From the NCBI GenBank assembly GCA_964304625.1, contig OZ199839.1, positions 1,862,093-1,926,092 on the forward strand: a DNA stretch of 64,000 nt. Direction: 5' to 3'. A program made the translations under genes and the position numbers. Below are positions 28,039 through 39,594 of the stretch, one piece after another. This DNA is from Kudoa neothunni (lineage: Eukaryota > Animalia > Cnidaria). The notes below the pieces were generated by a model that made no database searches, was not told the origin of the DNA, and worked only from the letters and a program-made list of their open reading frames with translations. Position 1 is the stretch's first letter, and every line of letters begins with the position of its first letter.

Positions 28039-29442
28039 ATGGGTTAAAGAGAAGAATAGATTGAGTATCGTTGTTATTGGTCACGTCGACTCCGGTAAAT
28101 CCACCACTACTGGTCACTTGATTTTCAAGTGCGGTGGTATCGATAAAAGAACACTCGAGAAGTTCGAGAAAGAGTCCAGTGAGATGGGTAAAGGTTCCTT
28201 CAAATACGCTTGGATTCTCGACAACCAAAAGTCTGAACGTGAACGTGGTGTCACCATCAATGCCCAGACTAAGAAGATCGAAACTGCGGACAACGATATC
28301 TCAATTATTGATGCTCCTGGACATCGTGACTTCATGAAGAACATGATCACCGGTACATCACAAGCCGATTACGCTTTGTTGATGGTTCCAGCCAGCAAAG
28401 GTGAAGCCGAAACAGCTCTTTCAAAGGAAGGTCAAGCTCGTGAACATCTTATGTTGTCCAACACTCTCGGTATCAAGAAGGTGTGTGTATGCGTCAACAA
28501 GATGGATGCTTGTGGTTATGACAAAGCTCGTTTCGAAGAGTTGAAAAAGGAAGTCACTTCGATCATGAAGAGAATCGGTTATCAGGAGAAGAATGTCGCC
28601 TTTATTCCAATTTCAGGTTTCCACGGTGACAATCTAACTGAGACTTCCGATAAGATGTCATGGTTCCAAGGTTGGGAATGCAGTCTTCCTGACGAGAATG
28701 GTGTGGAATCAGTCAGAAAGGGAAAAAACCCTCCTCGATTTTCTTAATGCTTTGAAGTCTCCAAAGAGACCAGACGACAAACCATTGAGACTTCCTCTTC
28801 AGGATGTGTTCAAGATCGGTGGTATTGGTACTGTACCAGTCGGAAGAGTAGAAACTGGTACTCTTCTTCCTGGTATGGGTTGTGAACTTCGCACCTTCTG
28901 CCATCTGCACTGAGGTTAAAAGTATCGAGAGACATCACGAATCACTTCCCTCCGCCAAGCCTGGTGATAACATTGGTTTCAATGTCAAAAACGTCTCCGT
29001 CAAAGATATCAAGAGAGGATTCGTGTGCTCCGATCCCAAGAACAATCCAGCTATGCAAGCAGCGTCTTTCGTCGCTCAAGTTATTATCATCAATCACCCT
29101 GGTGAGATCAAAGCTGGGTATGCACCTGTCATCGACTGTCACACCGCCCACATCGCCTCCAAATTCAACGAGCTTAAAACCAAAGTCGACAGAAGATCTG
29201 GTAAGACTGTCGAAGAGAACCCCAAAAGCCTTAAAGCTGGTGAAGCCGGTATCATCGAACTTGTCCCAGGCAAACCTTTGGTTGTTGAGCCATTCACCGA
29301 ATTCGCTCCTCTTGGTCGTTTCGCTTGTAGAGATATGAAAGTCACAGTTGCTGTTGGTATCGTGAAGGAGGTTACAAAGAAGGTTGTTGAGTCCAAGGCT
29401 ACCAAGTCTGCTCAAAAAGTCGCTGCCAAAGGAAAAAAATAA
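28039..29442 (+). CDS. EEF1A: translation elongation factor 1-alpha; CDS intronless, three apparent +1 frameshifts
   Basis: [49 protein letters not shown]; frames join by removing one base each at ~28043, ~28725 and ~28878; probable 5'UTR intron ending at AG 28036-28037. Confidence 0.98.
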
Positions 29443-31211
29443 CTTAGATGACACTATATTATTGATTAGAGCATGTTCTCAATGGTTACGTTAGTTGTGT
29501 GTGTTTTTTATTGCTTGTCGTCCGCAATTTGTTTTTTGGGAATTGTTTCATTAAGATTTGTTTCTATCGTAACAGCTTAATACATTAATCACTGGTCCAA
29601 CTTCTGCGTCAAATGTTGACTATGTTAGTAAACATGCGACTACATATTTCTCTAATATTTAATGCTGGTGGTAGATAGCGTGTCTAATTTGGATTTAATT
29701 GTTGTTTTGCTCGCCGTAATGGTTTTGCGGTCGGTGTTGTCATTGCTTGAGCTGACGTCATAAATGTTTGCCATCGTAAAATTAAGAGTAAATATGTATT
29801 TATCAATATTTCAAGTATTCGTTTTTTCCTCGATCAATGCTCGGGTGAGTTTGCCGACTCACTTGGAGTGCGTCCTATCCTATACCACAGGGGTCATTAA
29901 AGTTTGTCTGCAGGGTCAAATTTTTTATGTTCATAAGATTCGAGGGCCAGATTAAATTTGTTTTTTTATCAAAAAGCAGTTTAAATATGATACAAAAAAA
30001 TATAAATATAACATTTATATACAGATTTATCGCCCATGACCTTCGCCCCAGGTGGCTCTAATCCTTTCGAAATTTTATGTTTTCATCTATATTCAGACAC
30101 AAATCCTACTATTCCTAATAGGTTAGATTTTTAACAGTCGCATATCTTTTTTTAAATTTCATCGTTTCTTGGAACACACAATCTTCGGGCAATGCCGCAG
30201 TTTGTATTTTATGTGTATACTAGCGCGAACTGTCCAGCGTTTCTGGGGGAAGATTTCGCCCAGAGATGTTTTTAATAGCCTTCAAAAAATATATTGAAAT
30301 CTCGAATTAACTCGTAGAAACAAAATAACTAAAAAATTTTAAGCAATATACTCTAACGATTTGGATTGTAAAATTTAAATTATGGTCATTTCTTTAAAGG
30401 AATGTTCCAATCCCGGCGTTCATTTAAATCCTGTTAAAGTGTTATCTAAAACGTTATTTTTTGGACTGGAGGATTTTTAAAAGTCGAATTCTAGCCTGGC
30501 TCGGTAACTGTGTGCACCACAAACTTTTTAAGAGATAAAAATAGAAATAGAAGAAAAAGTATGAAATTAAGTGATATTGCTAAAATTGGCATCGCCTGGT
30601 CCGGTATAAACATTAGTGCACTTTTCCCAAACAAACAGCTAAAAATTGTTTCAATATCAACATAAATAATTTATATAATTAGATGAAATAAGAGTACAAC
30701 CATTTGAGTCGAACTTAATCACTGAAAGTTCAGCATAGCGGATGATTTCAATGAAATCCATGGTCCCAGAGCTTGCGTTGTAAAGTTTGAATCAATGTAA
30801 TTTTAACGTTATCCTTCAATTTGTTAATCATGAAACAAATATAGATTTTTATCATACCTAAAACCATTAGTAGAACCTTAAAAATGTGTTTATCAAGTCA
30901 TATACGTTAAAACTCTCGACAAACGAAGTGTATATGTGCGAAACCCCAAATATACACTCCAATATTATATAAAAAATTCAGGTAATATCGCTTAATTAAA
31001 ATTTGACAAAGCATATAAAGGGGAAAAGTAACTTCAACCGACCATCAGCAAGTCATAAGCAGAGGTTAACCCTATTGTTAAACTCAAGTAATCCGTTTAA
31101 CAAACATTGAATCGAAAATATCACCATTTTCTAAATACTTCTGGGGATATTCGGTAGTGTAAAACTGGTTTAAAGATTTGTTGAAACATTGTGATTTTTA
31201 AAAAATTTCAT

Positions 31212-32575
31212 AAAGGCAGTGGCTATTGCAACGGGAGGAAATAACTCGAAAACTAACATGTCTATAAAAATTTCAATTTCGTTTTTATAATGAATGATTT
31301 TTTCGCCAAATAATTTCAAATTTTTCGGGAAAATATAATATGGTGGAATTTTCAAGGTTGTTATTGAAAATTAAGTAACTTCATAATAACATCTTAATTC
31401 GATAGATCGTAGGAACACTAAAAAAAGCTTTCTAAGACAATAAACTTTCATAATTGCAAAAATTGTATGTAAATCGTATGCTTTCTATAGTATGAATTAC
31501 CACGCTCAGGAGACCGCGCCATTACGTAAGACTTAGTTAACTAGTAGTACTGGTTCTTTCGTCGGTTAACATCCCTCTGATTCGATGCATGCTATTATGG
31601 AGAATTATTAACACATTAATTAAAGATTTTTTCTCAAAATTTATAATATGAATAATGTGTATTAATGTATAACTCATTGTATTTTAAAGCTATGTCTCTA
31701 CCTGTGAAATAAACACAAATCTATGATTTCGAGTTAGATTTATTTATACTATATATAGGACTTTAAAAATAGATTATTTGTTAAAGATATGGTAGTTTTT
31801 AAGGAATAACGTGTCATTCCATTGATTCGATATTACGTAGCAATAATTTGAGGGTAATGGGTAATAATTTTCTACATAAAAACAAAAATAGGATTATCAT
31901 AATAAAATGAAGATCCTTTTAAGACAGAGTTCGGCAACGACTGACCCCCGGACCAAATTTGGCCCCGGAGCTTTCCTCATCCGGCCCGGCAACCTAATAG
32001 GGTTGTCGGTCCCTGATCTAAAGTAAAGAGTGTTGGGCGTCCTAGAAAAAAGAAAGCAGGATAAATAATTAATAGATGGAAATCAAAAATTTTCTTCATG
32101 TTATTAATGCCTAGATAAATTGCGGTATAATAAAGCTAATTTGTATCTCTATATAGCGAAAAAGATAGATCATTTAATATGTAGAAAAATTAGGATCGCG
32201 AAATAAAAATATCTAACATTTTACGCGATATGTTAACGGTGCATTATTATTGTCTTTAGCGATATAGCGGTGCTTCTTCATTCATGCACAAGTTCGGTGA
32301 ATTTGGATCTTTTAATTGAAACAATTTATATTACTCTGAATTATGGAAAAGATAATCACGTTTATAAATTATAAATTGCTAATTAAGGACTTAAAAATAA
32401 TTTTTAACCTCTGAATTCATTGCCATAAAACGCGAAAATTTGTTATCTTGGATTTCTTTTATAATAGTTTAACTTTTTGGCGAAAAAATCATTCATTATA
32501 AAGACGAAATTGAAATTTTTTATAGACATGTTAGTTTTCGAGTTATTTCCTCCCGTTGCAATAGCCACTGCCTTT
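31212..32575. repeat. ~100-bp near-perfect inverted repeat (31212-31310 vs 32476-32575)
   Basis: Direct comparison; ORFs 31170-31355(-) and 32477-32677(+) share FIDMLVFELFPPVAIATAF. Confidence 0.95.
31925..32015. mobile_element. ~90-bp hAT/Charlie-like MITE remnant
   Basis: CAGAGTTCGGCAAC ... GTTGTCGGTCCCTG ends with GGCCC-rich subterminal motifs; TSD not preserved. Confidence 0.45.
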
Positions 32576-32682
32576 CATAAATGTCTCTCTATGAGGAAAA
32601 AATTTGGTGCGCGTGCGTACTTGCTGACACAAACACACGGTCACTTAAACTTTATATATATAGTGGATTGTAGATAGTAGAT

Positions 32683-32930
32683 CAGTGGTTCCCAACCTTT
32701 TGGGCGTCTATCGAACCCTTGTTAATTAATATGAGAATTATGTTAAGAATTCAGTAATATATATTTTTTTAAAGCGCTAAAAAAATATTCCACACATTCA
32801 TTTTCTATCTTTTCAATCATAAAACAACAAATAATATAAATATATAACTAATGAGATTTCTGCTTCTGTTTTTCGTAAGCTATTTTATGTAGTCTTGGTT
32901 CAGTTTTCGAACCTTGGTTGGGAATAACCG
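32683..32930. mobile_element. hAT-like MITE
   Basis: CAGTGGTTCCCAACC ... GGTTGGGAATAACCG with perfect 8-bp TSD TAGTAGAT (32675-32682 / 32931-32938). Confidence 0.85.
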
Positions 32931-33464
32931 TAGTAGATAAAGGATATAAAAGTAGTGCAGAATTTTTATATTTGTCAGTAAACTCATTTGCTTTTATATC
33001 AACAAACATCTTTGAAGGAGAGAACAAAAAAACATTTAAAGAGGGGAAGCGAGTTCAAGGATTTTAATTAACATTTTTAAGGCAAATTAAAATAATGTCA
33101 TCCTGCGTTAACAACTTTATTTGGAAAATTCGATATATGATGACAGCAAATATGTAAGGAACAGTGATTATTGCTTCATCATTGTAAATTTCTAGTATCA
33201 AAGAAATTAACTCAACCTAATTAATTTAATTTATAAGTTAAAGTCGTTAGGATTTTTGAACTATTAAAAGTACAGGAACCAAATAAACTTTAAAATATGT
33301 TTCTTATCGATTCGTACGTTTTACATTAAGAATCCAGCTATATTAGTGCTTCGATTTTCTCCATTGTTTCAATTAAAACAATATAAAAACATTAAAGGAA
33401 TTAAATTAGGCTTTTTAAACAACACTCATCTAATAAGTAATCTACTGATAGTCTTCAAGTAAAC

Positions 33465-34676
33465 CAGTGTTTCCCTACAAATTTTACACTCGTACCTCCA
33501 AGAGAATGTCAAGACTCAATTATACTTTTTATTTGGATGCGAAAATAATAATACCAACAAAAAATGTCTTAAAATTAAAATTTTCATTATTTTAGTTTAT
33601 ATTTTAACTTCAAATTTCCCTCATTTACTTCTAAAATAAATTAAAACCAACATATTAGAAGTAAGAAATATAATATAAACGTAATACTAAACAATAAAAA
33701 GTATGGTCGCTTAAATAACTTCTGTACTTAAAGGTGAAAATTATATGGGTCAATAAAAATGGCCAATGCGTGTTGTTCACAAGAAACATTATTTCAAAAT
33801 CAATTGTCATCTAGTATTTATTTGACCTGGCGGTTCTCTTGTTCTCGCTGGGTTTTCATAAGTAATTCAAAACAGGACATTTTGCTGGGCGGTGAAACGT
33901 GAAAATCGTTTTCGAGGTTTAATGAATCCCAATACTAATTATTTGTATATAATGAAGTCGATAAGCTTGTTTTCATATGCTATCTTGTGCTGAATAAATC
34001 TAGTGACTTCTTTATTCTATATTGAGTCATATGTTAACTTAAATTTTGAGGCAATGGAATAATAAAATATGTCTTCTAAATATACTCGACTAAAATAACA
34101 AATATTTATGTGTGTAAATGAATGTGTTGATCCTTGTTTTACCTAGACTTAAAAGAATAATTTAACTTAGATTTATATCAGAAGCAAAGTACAAATTCGA
34201 AAGTAAAACTTGGAATGTAACATAATAAAAACTATACAATTAAATGATGAATCTCAAATTTGGACAGAATACAAAGTTAAAATTGCGTCTTGGTTTTATT
34301 ATTATGGATAAAAATGCTGACAACCTAATTACAGCTTAAACATATCAATATGTTACTTTAAAGATAACAAAGTTGTGATTTTACACGGAAAAAATCAAAT
34401 GATAGATTTTGTACATTGAATAGGCTTCATATAAACTATTACCATATCGCACCATTGCTTAGAATCACGTAAAACAAATTATAAATTAAATAAATTTTCA
34501 CACCCCGCTTTTTTTAATAGAAACGAATCGATAAAAACACTTAAAAATATTATTACATTCATTAAGTCATTACATGATTTAAACAGGGAATAACACAAGT
34601 TACACATTAGATAAATTACGAGTAATTTTTTAATTTATTATAGAATGACTCCCGCACTCCCTGTAGGGAAACACTG
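33465..34676. mobile_element. hAT-like non-autonomous element
   Basis: Perfect 15-bp TIR CAGTGTTTCCCTACA / TGTAGGGAAACACTG; TSD AAGTAAAC / AATTAAAC. Confidence 0.85.
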
Positions 34677-35351
34677 AATTAAACCATCACAATTCCACAT
34701 GCGCCTTCGAATTTTAAAGGGAACATCGTGGGACCTACTTTGGTGACCCTTGATGTATGATTACGTAAAAATTTGGATAAGTGTCACCTAATTATTCCTA
34801 AATTAATTTCAGTTTAATTCATAAATCTAATATAATTCATTTAAGATAATTTTCATCTAATGTTTGAGTAAGATTAGAAAATGTTTTGTAATGCTTTTGA
34901 ATATAATATTGATCTATAAGTTATTCAATAATTTAAATAGGATTTTGTCAGATAAAAATTGGACGTTGGTAATCCTTTTTGGTCTTTAATTAGTGTTTCA
35001 TTTTTCTTATGTGAGATTTGTTTGGATAAAGAAAAATAAAAAAATATTTATTTTTACCAATAAAATTGAATATTATATTACGATTTAATATTAAAAATGA
35101 GATATACTACCGGTTAAATCTTTGTTAACATGAAATCTTTACATGTTTATGTTTGAAGAGTATTGTTGACTAAAACTATGTATCAGAGCAACATTAAATG
35201 ATGGTATATATTCTTTTGGTTGTTAACAATTACTCGCGCTTGCGTCATTAGTTAAGAATTTAGATTTGCAGTGTGTGTGTGTGTTCTGCGTCAATTCTAC
35301 ATTATTACGAGTTTTAAGTTTCTTTTTTGAGTCAACTTATCTTGGTTGCTA

Positions 35352-36306
35352 ATGATAAAGTTTCGTGATGATTTAAGTTCGGGAAAGGAGACTATTCCAA
35401 TTCCCGTGTATGTTAATTCTGAAGACATGCTTGATGTGGTTAAAGAGTTAATGTCAAATTTTGAAGTGATTAAAGGATTTTTTGGAAATATTTTAGTATT
35501 TGGTATAGTATGTAAGTTGCAATAACGAGATTGAAGTCAACTTTGTCTATTCTGAATATTCTTGTGATCACTTTTGTCAATGTGTTGATAATTGTGATAC
35601 GGCTAAATGTACCTGTAATCAATACAGAAATTATAACAGTACACAGCCTCAAACATTAACCAATAGTACGCAATCATATGTTAGTATCATCTAACTATGT
35701 AATTGCGAAATAGGAAACTATCCCATAATTGAGTGTAGTTCATTGTGTGGTTGTTCTTGGAATACATGCAGAAATCGCGTTGTTCAACGAGGAATAAGTT
35801 TCTGTTTGGAGCTATTTGATACATCATCAATCAGTACAGCGGCAGGAGAGAGTAAAGGCTGGGGAGTTCGCTCGGCTGAATTCATTCCAAAGGGATCTTT
35901 TGTCTGCGAATACATTGGAGAAATGCGTTACCATACAATCCAAAGCGAAGGTATTGCTGGAGTTGGACCCAATCACACTCTTACAATACGTGAAAATAGC
36001 GTCGGTTACACTCCTACCAATCTGCTACTTTCAATTGATGCAACCAAATGCGGAAATGTATCCAGATTCATCAATCACAGCTGTTCGCCTAACCTACTGA
36101 TGAGTGTATATTGGCGATGTGGATTTCCTTTGTTAAAATCGGCGGCCTACTTCACCAACAGGGATATACAGCCGGGTGAAGAACTTTCAATCGATTATGG
36201 CTTGTCGTTTAGTGTGAGCAATTCAGCCGACACACCACGCATACCTTGCTTATGCAATTCTCCTCAATGTCATGGATATTTACCGCTCCAATATTTTTCT
36301 GATTGA
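35352..36306 (+). CDS. SETMAR-like histone-lysine N-methyltransferase (pre-SET, SET, post-SET; no transposase fusion), 3 exons
   Basis: DLSSGKETIPIP, CQCVDNCDTAKCTC, IIECSSLCGC...CRNRVVQRG, KGWGVRS...FVCEYIGE, GNVSRFINHSCSPN, GEELSIDYG, CLCNSPQCHGYL. Confidence 0.92.
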
Positions 36307-36464
36307 TAGTTTGTTGCTAGGAGAGAACCGATTATAAACAACTTTTTTATATTTTCCTAAAAACCTTCAAACCAATGGATTAATTATTTAAAATACCTAT
36401 GATGAAATATTTCATAAATCGCAGCCGATCAGTGTAGTCGTACCCACTTGTTGGTGTTACGATC

Positions 36465-37067
36465 ATGCACCGAGCTGTAAACTTATTAATTTCAAATGCA
36501 GTTTGATTCTAACAATGGGATAGGTGATCGTCGTGTTTTTCACCATCGCAACTCATTTGGTTTATTGTAGAGGAACTACTTAATTCTTTTGATGGTAAAG
36601 TCTGGAACCCTTCTCAAATTGTGTCAAAAGAAAAACAACTGGAATTCACCAGAAAAAAGATGGACAAGATCTACCAATTTTACAAAAACAAATGCGAAGT
36701 AGATAGGACAATGAATAGTTTGCTTTTCTTTTTCATTGGTGTTGTGGTGACTTCTGGTATATTGGGGATTGTGTGTTTGTTGGTGATGATTATTCGATCA
36801 AAAAGTTCAAACAAAAAATCTAGAAGCAAACGGAAAACAACTAAATCTTCCCATGTCACACCACCACGTTCTAAACTGAGAAGTATACTATCCTCAAATA
36901 ATCCATCCTATGGAGATTCGATGAATGGAGCCGATATAAGAAAACCATTCTCCAAAGCAAGCGCACCCAACGAAGGATTTAGCACATATTGTGAAAATGA
37001 TGTTTACGCAGATATTAACATTCCTAATAAGGAAATGCTCATCAAAGATGCCACGTTTACATCATAA
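36465..37067 (+). CDS. orphan type I single-pass membrane protein
   Basis: MHRA|intron 36477-36523|VIVVFFTIATHLVYC-RGTT signal peptide; one extra T at ~36580 joins ORF 36621-37067, which has TM LLFFFIGVVVTSGILGIVCLLVMII and a basic stop-transfer segment. Confidence 0.65.
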
Positions 37068-38423
37068 CGTTATTCTCGTTATATCAATATTTTTATCCAT
37101 TATTTCGATTGAAATTTCTTTTAGAAATTTTTAACATTCATTCTTAAATTGAATCAATTTATTTCAAATTCGAATTATGAAATTGCGAGATTTTCTCATA
37201 AAAATCCCAACTTGTTATAGTTCTAAAATATTTTATCAATATTTTGGCTTTTTGTGCGCATTTATGTCATTGACGCTTATATAATAGTAATTAAATGACA
37301 TTGTACTGTTTATGTTTCATAAACTATTAAATAAGAAGCGGAAGATTTCCTGGATAATCGCGCGAAATTTTAGCTTTAACATTTTAAGGGGGGTGTGAAA
37401 TTTAATGTAAAATAGATTAAATATTTAAAGTGGCTATTTGCGTGTTAAATAATATTCAGGTGTTTCTAATTTGTACTATATCGAATTATTTAGGATCCAC
37501 TACTTTACTCTTAAAGGGTAGGAATGGTTAAATATAGCATATTCTAACAAATGAAATGTGTAATACAATTTGTGAGCATGAATAGATGAGATTAAAAATT
37601 GATAATAATATTTTTTATCAGGAAATCATTATAAAACGGAGCATAAGTTCATCAAAATTGAATAATACTTTAAGTGCACCTAATTGGCATAATATTTTCA
37701 AAAAATAAACTGGATGTAGAAAGTAGACAAAATTAAAAATGATTTTATTCGAATACTATAATGCATTCTATTATAATGATAAAAAAATAAAACAAAAATT
37801 GCATAAAGACATAACACTATTGTAGACAATATTTAGAAATACAAAATAAATCTATGTTTATTCATTTGTAATAATTCTCAAACTTAATATTTTTATTTAA
37901 TCAAACTAAGCATTCGAATATTTTTTTCTAATTATATAAATTATTTTTACAGCTAAAAATATTGATATTAGATTAATATAATTATTTCAAGTTTCACATT
38001 CGCAAGTAATCGGCATATAAAAATATTCCTATTAATAATAAAATTCTGTTAAAAATTTATAAACTAAAAAAATTAATTATAGATGTAATGCCATCTTTGA
38101 AAGTTTATATAATACGTGGAAATTAAGAAAGAGAGCATATTATCTCGTAATATGAGACAAACCTATTTTGAACGTGTGCTCCATTAGATTTGTAACGAAA
38201 ATATGAAAAAAATTTAATTAATAAATATTAATTATATTAAAATAGGAAACAATTAGTTATTTCGGTGTTAATTGAAAAATGATTTTAGAGTACACGTGAA
38301 CCCGATTCTAGTCGAATTGGAGTTAAGTGAAAATTTAGAAGTAATAATTTTTTTTCAATCTTTGCATTATGCATTCTTTAAGTTATTGTAAAAAATCTAA
38401 TAATCAATATTGTAAAATAATTT

Positions 38424-39107
38424 TTAATTCCTATGGATGAAATACTGGCAAACGCATATTAAATTTTGATGTAATCCACGCGAGAATCGGATTCGTTTAC
38501 GATCCGTCTTACGTCGATACACATCGTTGTTCATTAATAAAGTAACTGCGTTAATTCGGCGGGATTGATCGTGTTGCGCCAGTTGAAATATTAAAACAAA
38601 ACATAAGAAGAATTCTTGAAAGTTATGCGAAGTTAAAACAGTTTTTAAATGCGTGAATTGGACAATAAAACTTATAATGATTTTCGCGCCATTTAGAAGA
38701 TTTTTCAACATTTTTCTTCTCACTGTATCCACATGTTTTCTCGCTCGGCATTAAAAAGAGGTTCCTGTTGGGATGCATAAACAATGCTGAGACCTGTTTT
38801 TATTGCTCTGTTTGAGGAATTTGTTGTCAACAATGTTTTGTTTAATTATTCAACGATTTCTTTAAGAAAATCACGCATCTTGATTTATTGGGAACATAAG
38901 ATACCAACATATACTTTTCACAGAATACAAAAATGCTGCTACAACGGGCTCTATTTGGTGATGATTGGAAGCGTGGTGGCATCTCAAGTTTTTAACATAT
39001 TGTTTCTATAGTCAATTTTTTTCCACCAATTTTTCGTCAAAAACATGATGTTCGTTCTCTAATAAACAGAATTCATCAATGAAAACATTAGAATCACACA
39101 TTTTCAT
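38424..39107 (-). CDS. possible hypothetical multi-exon gene
   Basis: Raised GC, a clean 29-nt GT-AG intron joining KQSNKNR|NLFLMPSEK in frame, ORF 38424-38732; no family recognised. Confidence 0.3.
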
Positions 39108-39594
39108 ATAATTTGCGCATGCGAATTAATTATCTAACATTTCCTTATTTTCTACCAAAACTACCCATAGGAATTTTACTATATTTAAGTTCGAAGTGGT
39201 TTATATTGTTTGAAACATTTGTGATAAAAAAAATATGGGTTAAATTTTACCCCAAAGACCATGACATGATAAAATAAAAATTAAAACGTGAAATAATTTA
39301 TCGAAAAAAATTTTATTAGAAGAACTGGAAAATATAGGAATATTTCGCTTTTAAAAAATCGAGCTTATTTTTTTAATATTTAAAGCTAGGTAAAGATGAA
39401 CCGATAAATGAAAGTAATATATTTGCCTAATTTTAGTTATGGCTATAATCTAGAAATACTTTTTATAACAATTAATTTGTCGTCCACATGACTATACCAA
39501 TGTTTATACGTCTCAAATAATGCAGGCGAAGTAAAAATTTAATAGAGTAGAATTTTAAAAAAATAGATCAATTTATCTACAATCTATTCTTTAA

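Larger units (their letters stand above)
30220..32681 (-). mobile_element. non-autonomous Helitron-like element
   Basis: Minus strand 5' A|TCTACTATCTACAATCCACTATATATATAAAG; 3' CCAG-AAACG-CTGG hairpin about 10 nt before CTAG|T; no TIR or TSD. Confidence 0.6.

Noticed and set aside
28039-29442. eEF1A as a processed pseudogene
   Set aside because: No nonsense decay, motifs and codon bias are intact, and the same type of extra base affects other essential genes
28034-29454. Long antisense and alternate-frame ORFs over eEF1A
   Set aside because: Expected shadow ORFs from strong codon bias; no recognisable protein
29888-30213. hAT-like left end CAGGGGTC with a degenerate right end
   Set aside because: No matching TIR or TSD could be defined
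35198-36320. SET gene nested on the same strand inside intron 1 of the downstream membrane gene (signal-like exon at 35198-35310, acceptor at 36320)
   Set aside because: Needs about four frameshift corrections; the downstream gene has its own signal peptide from ATG 36465 with a single correction
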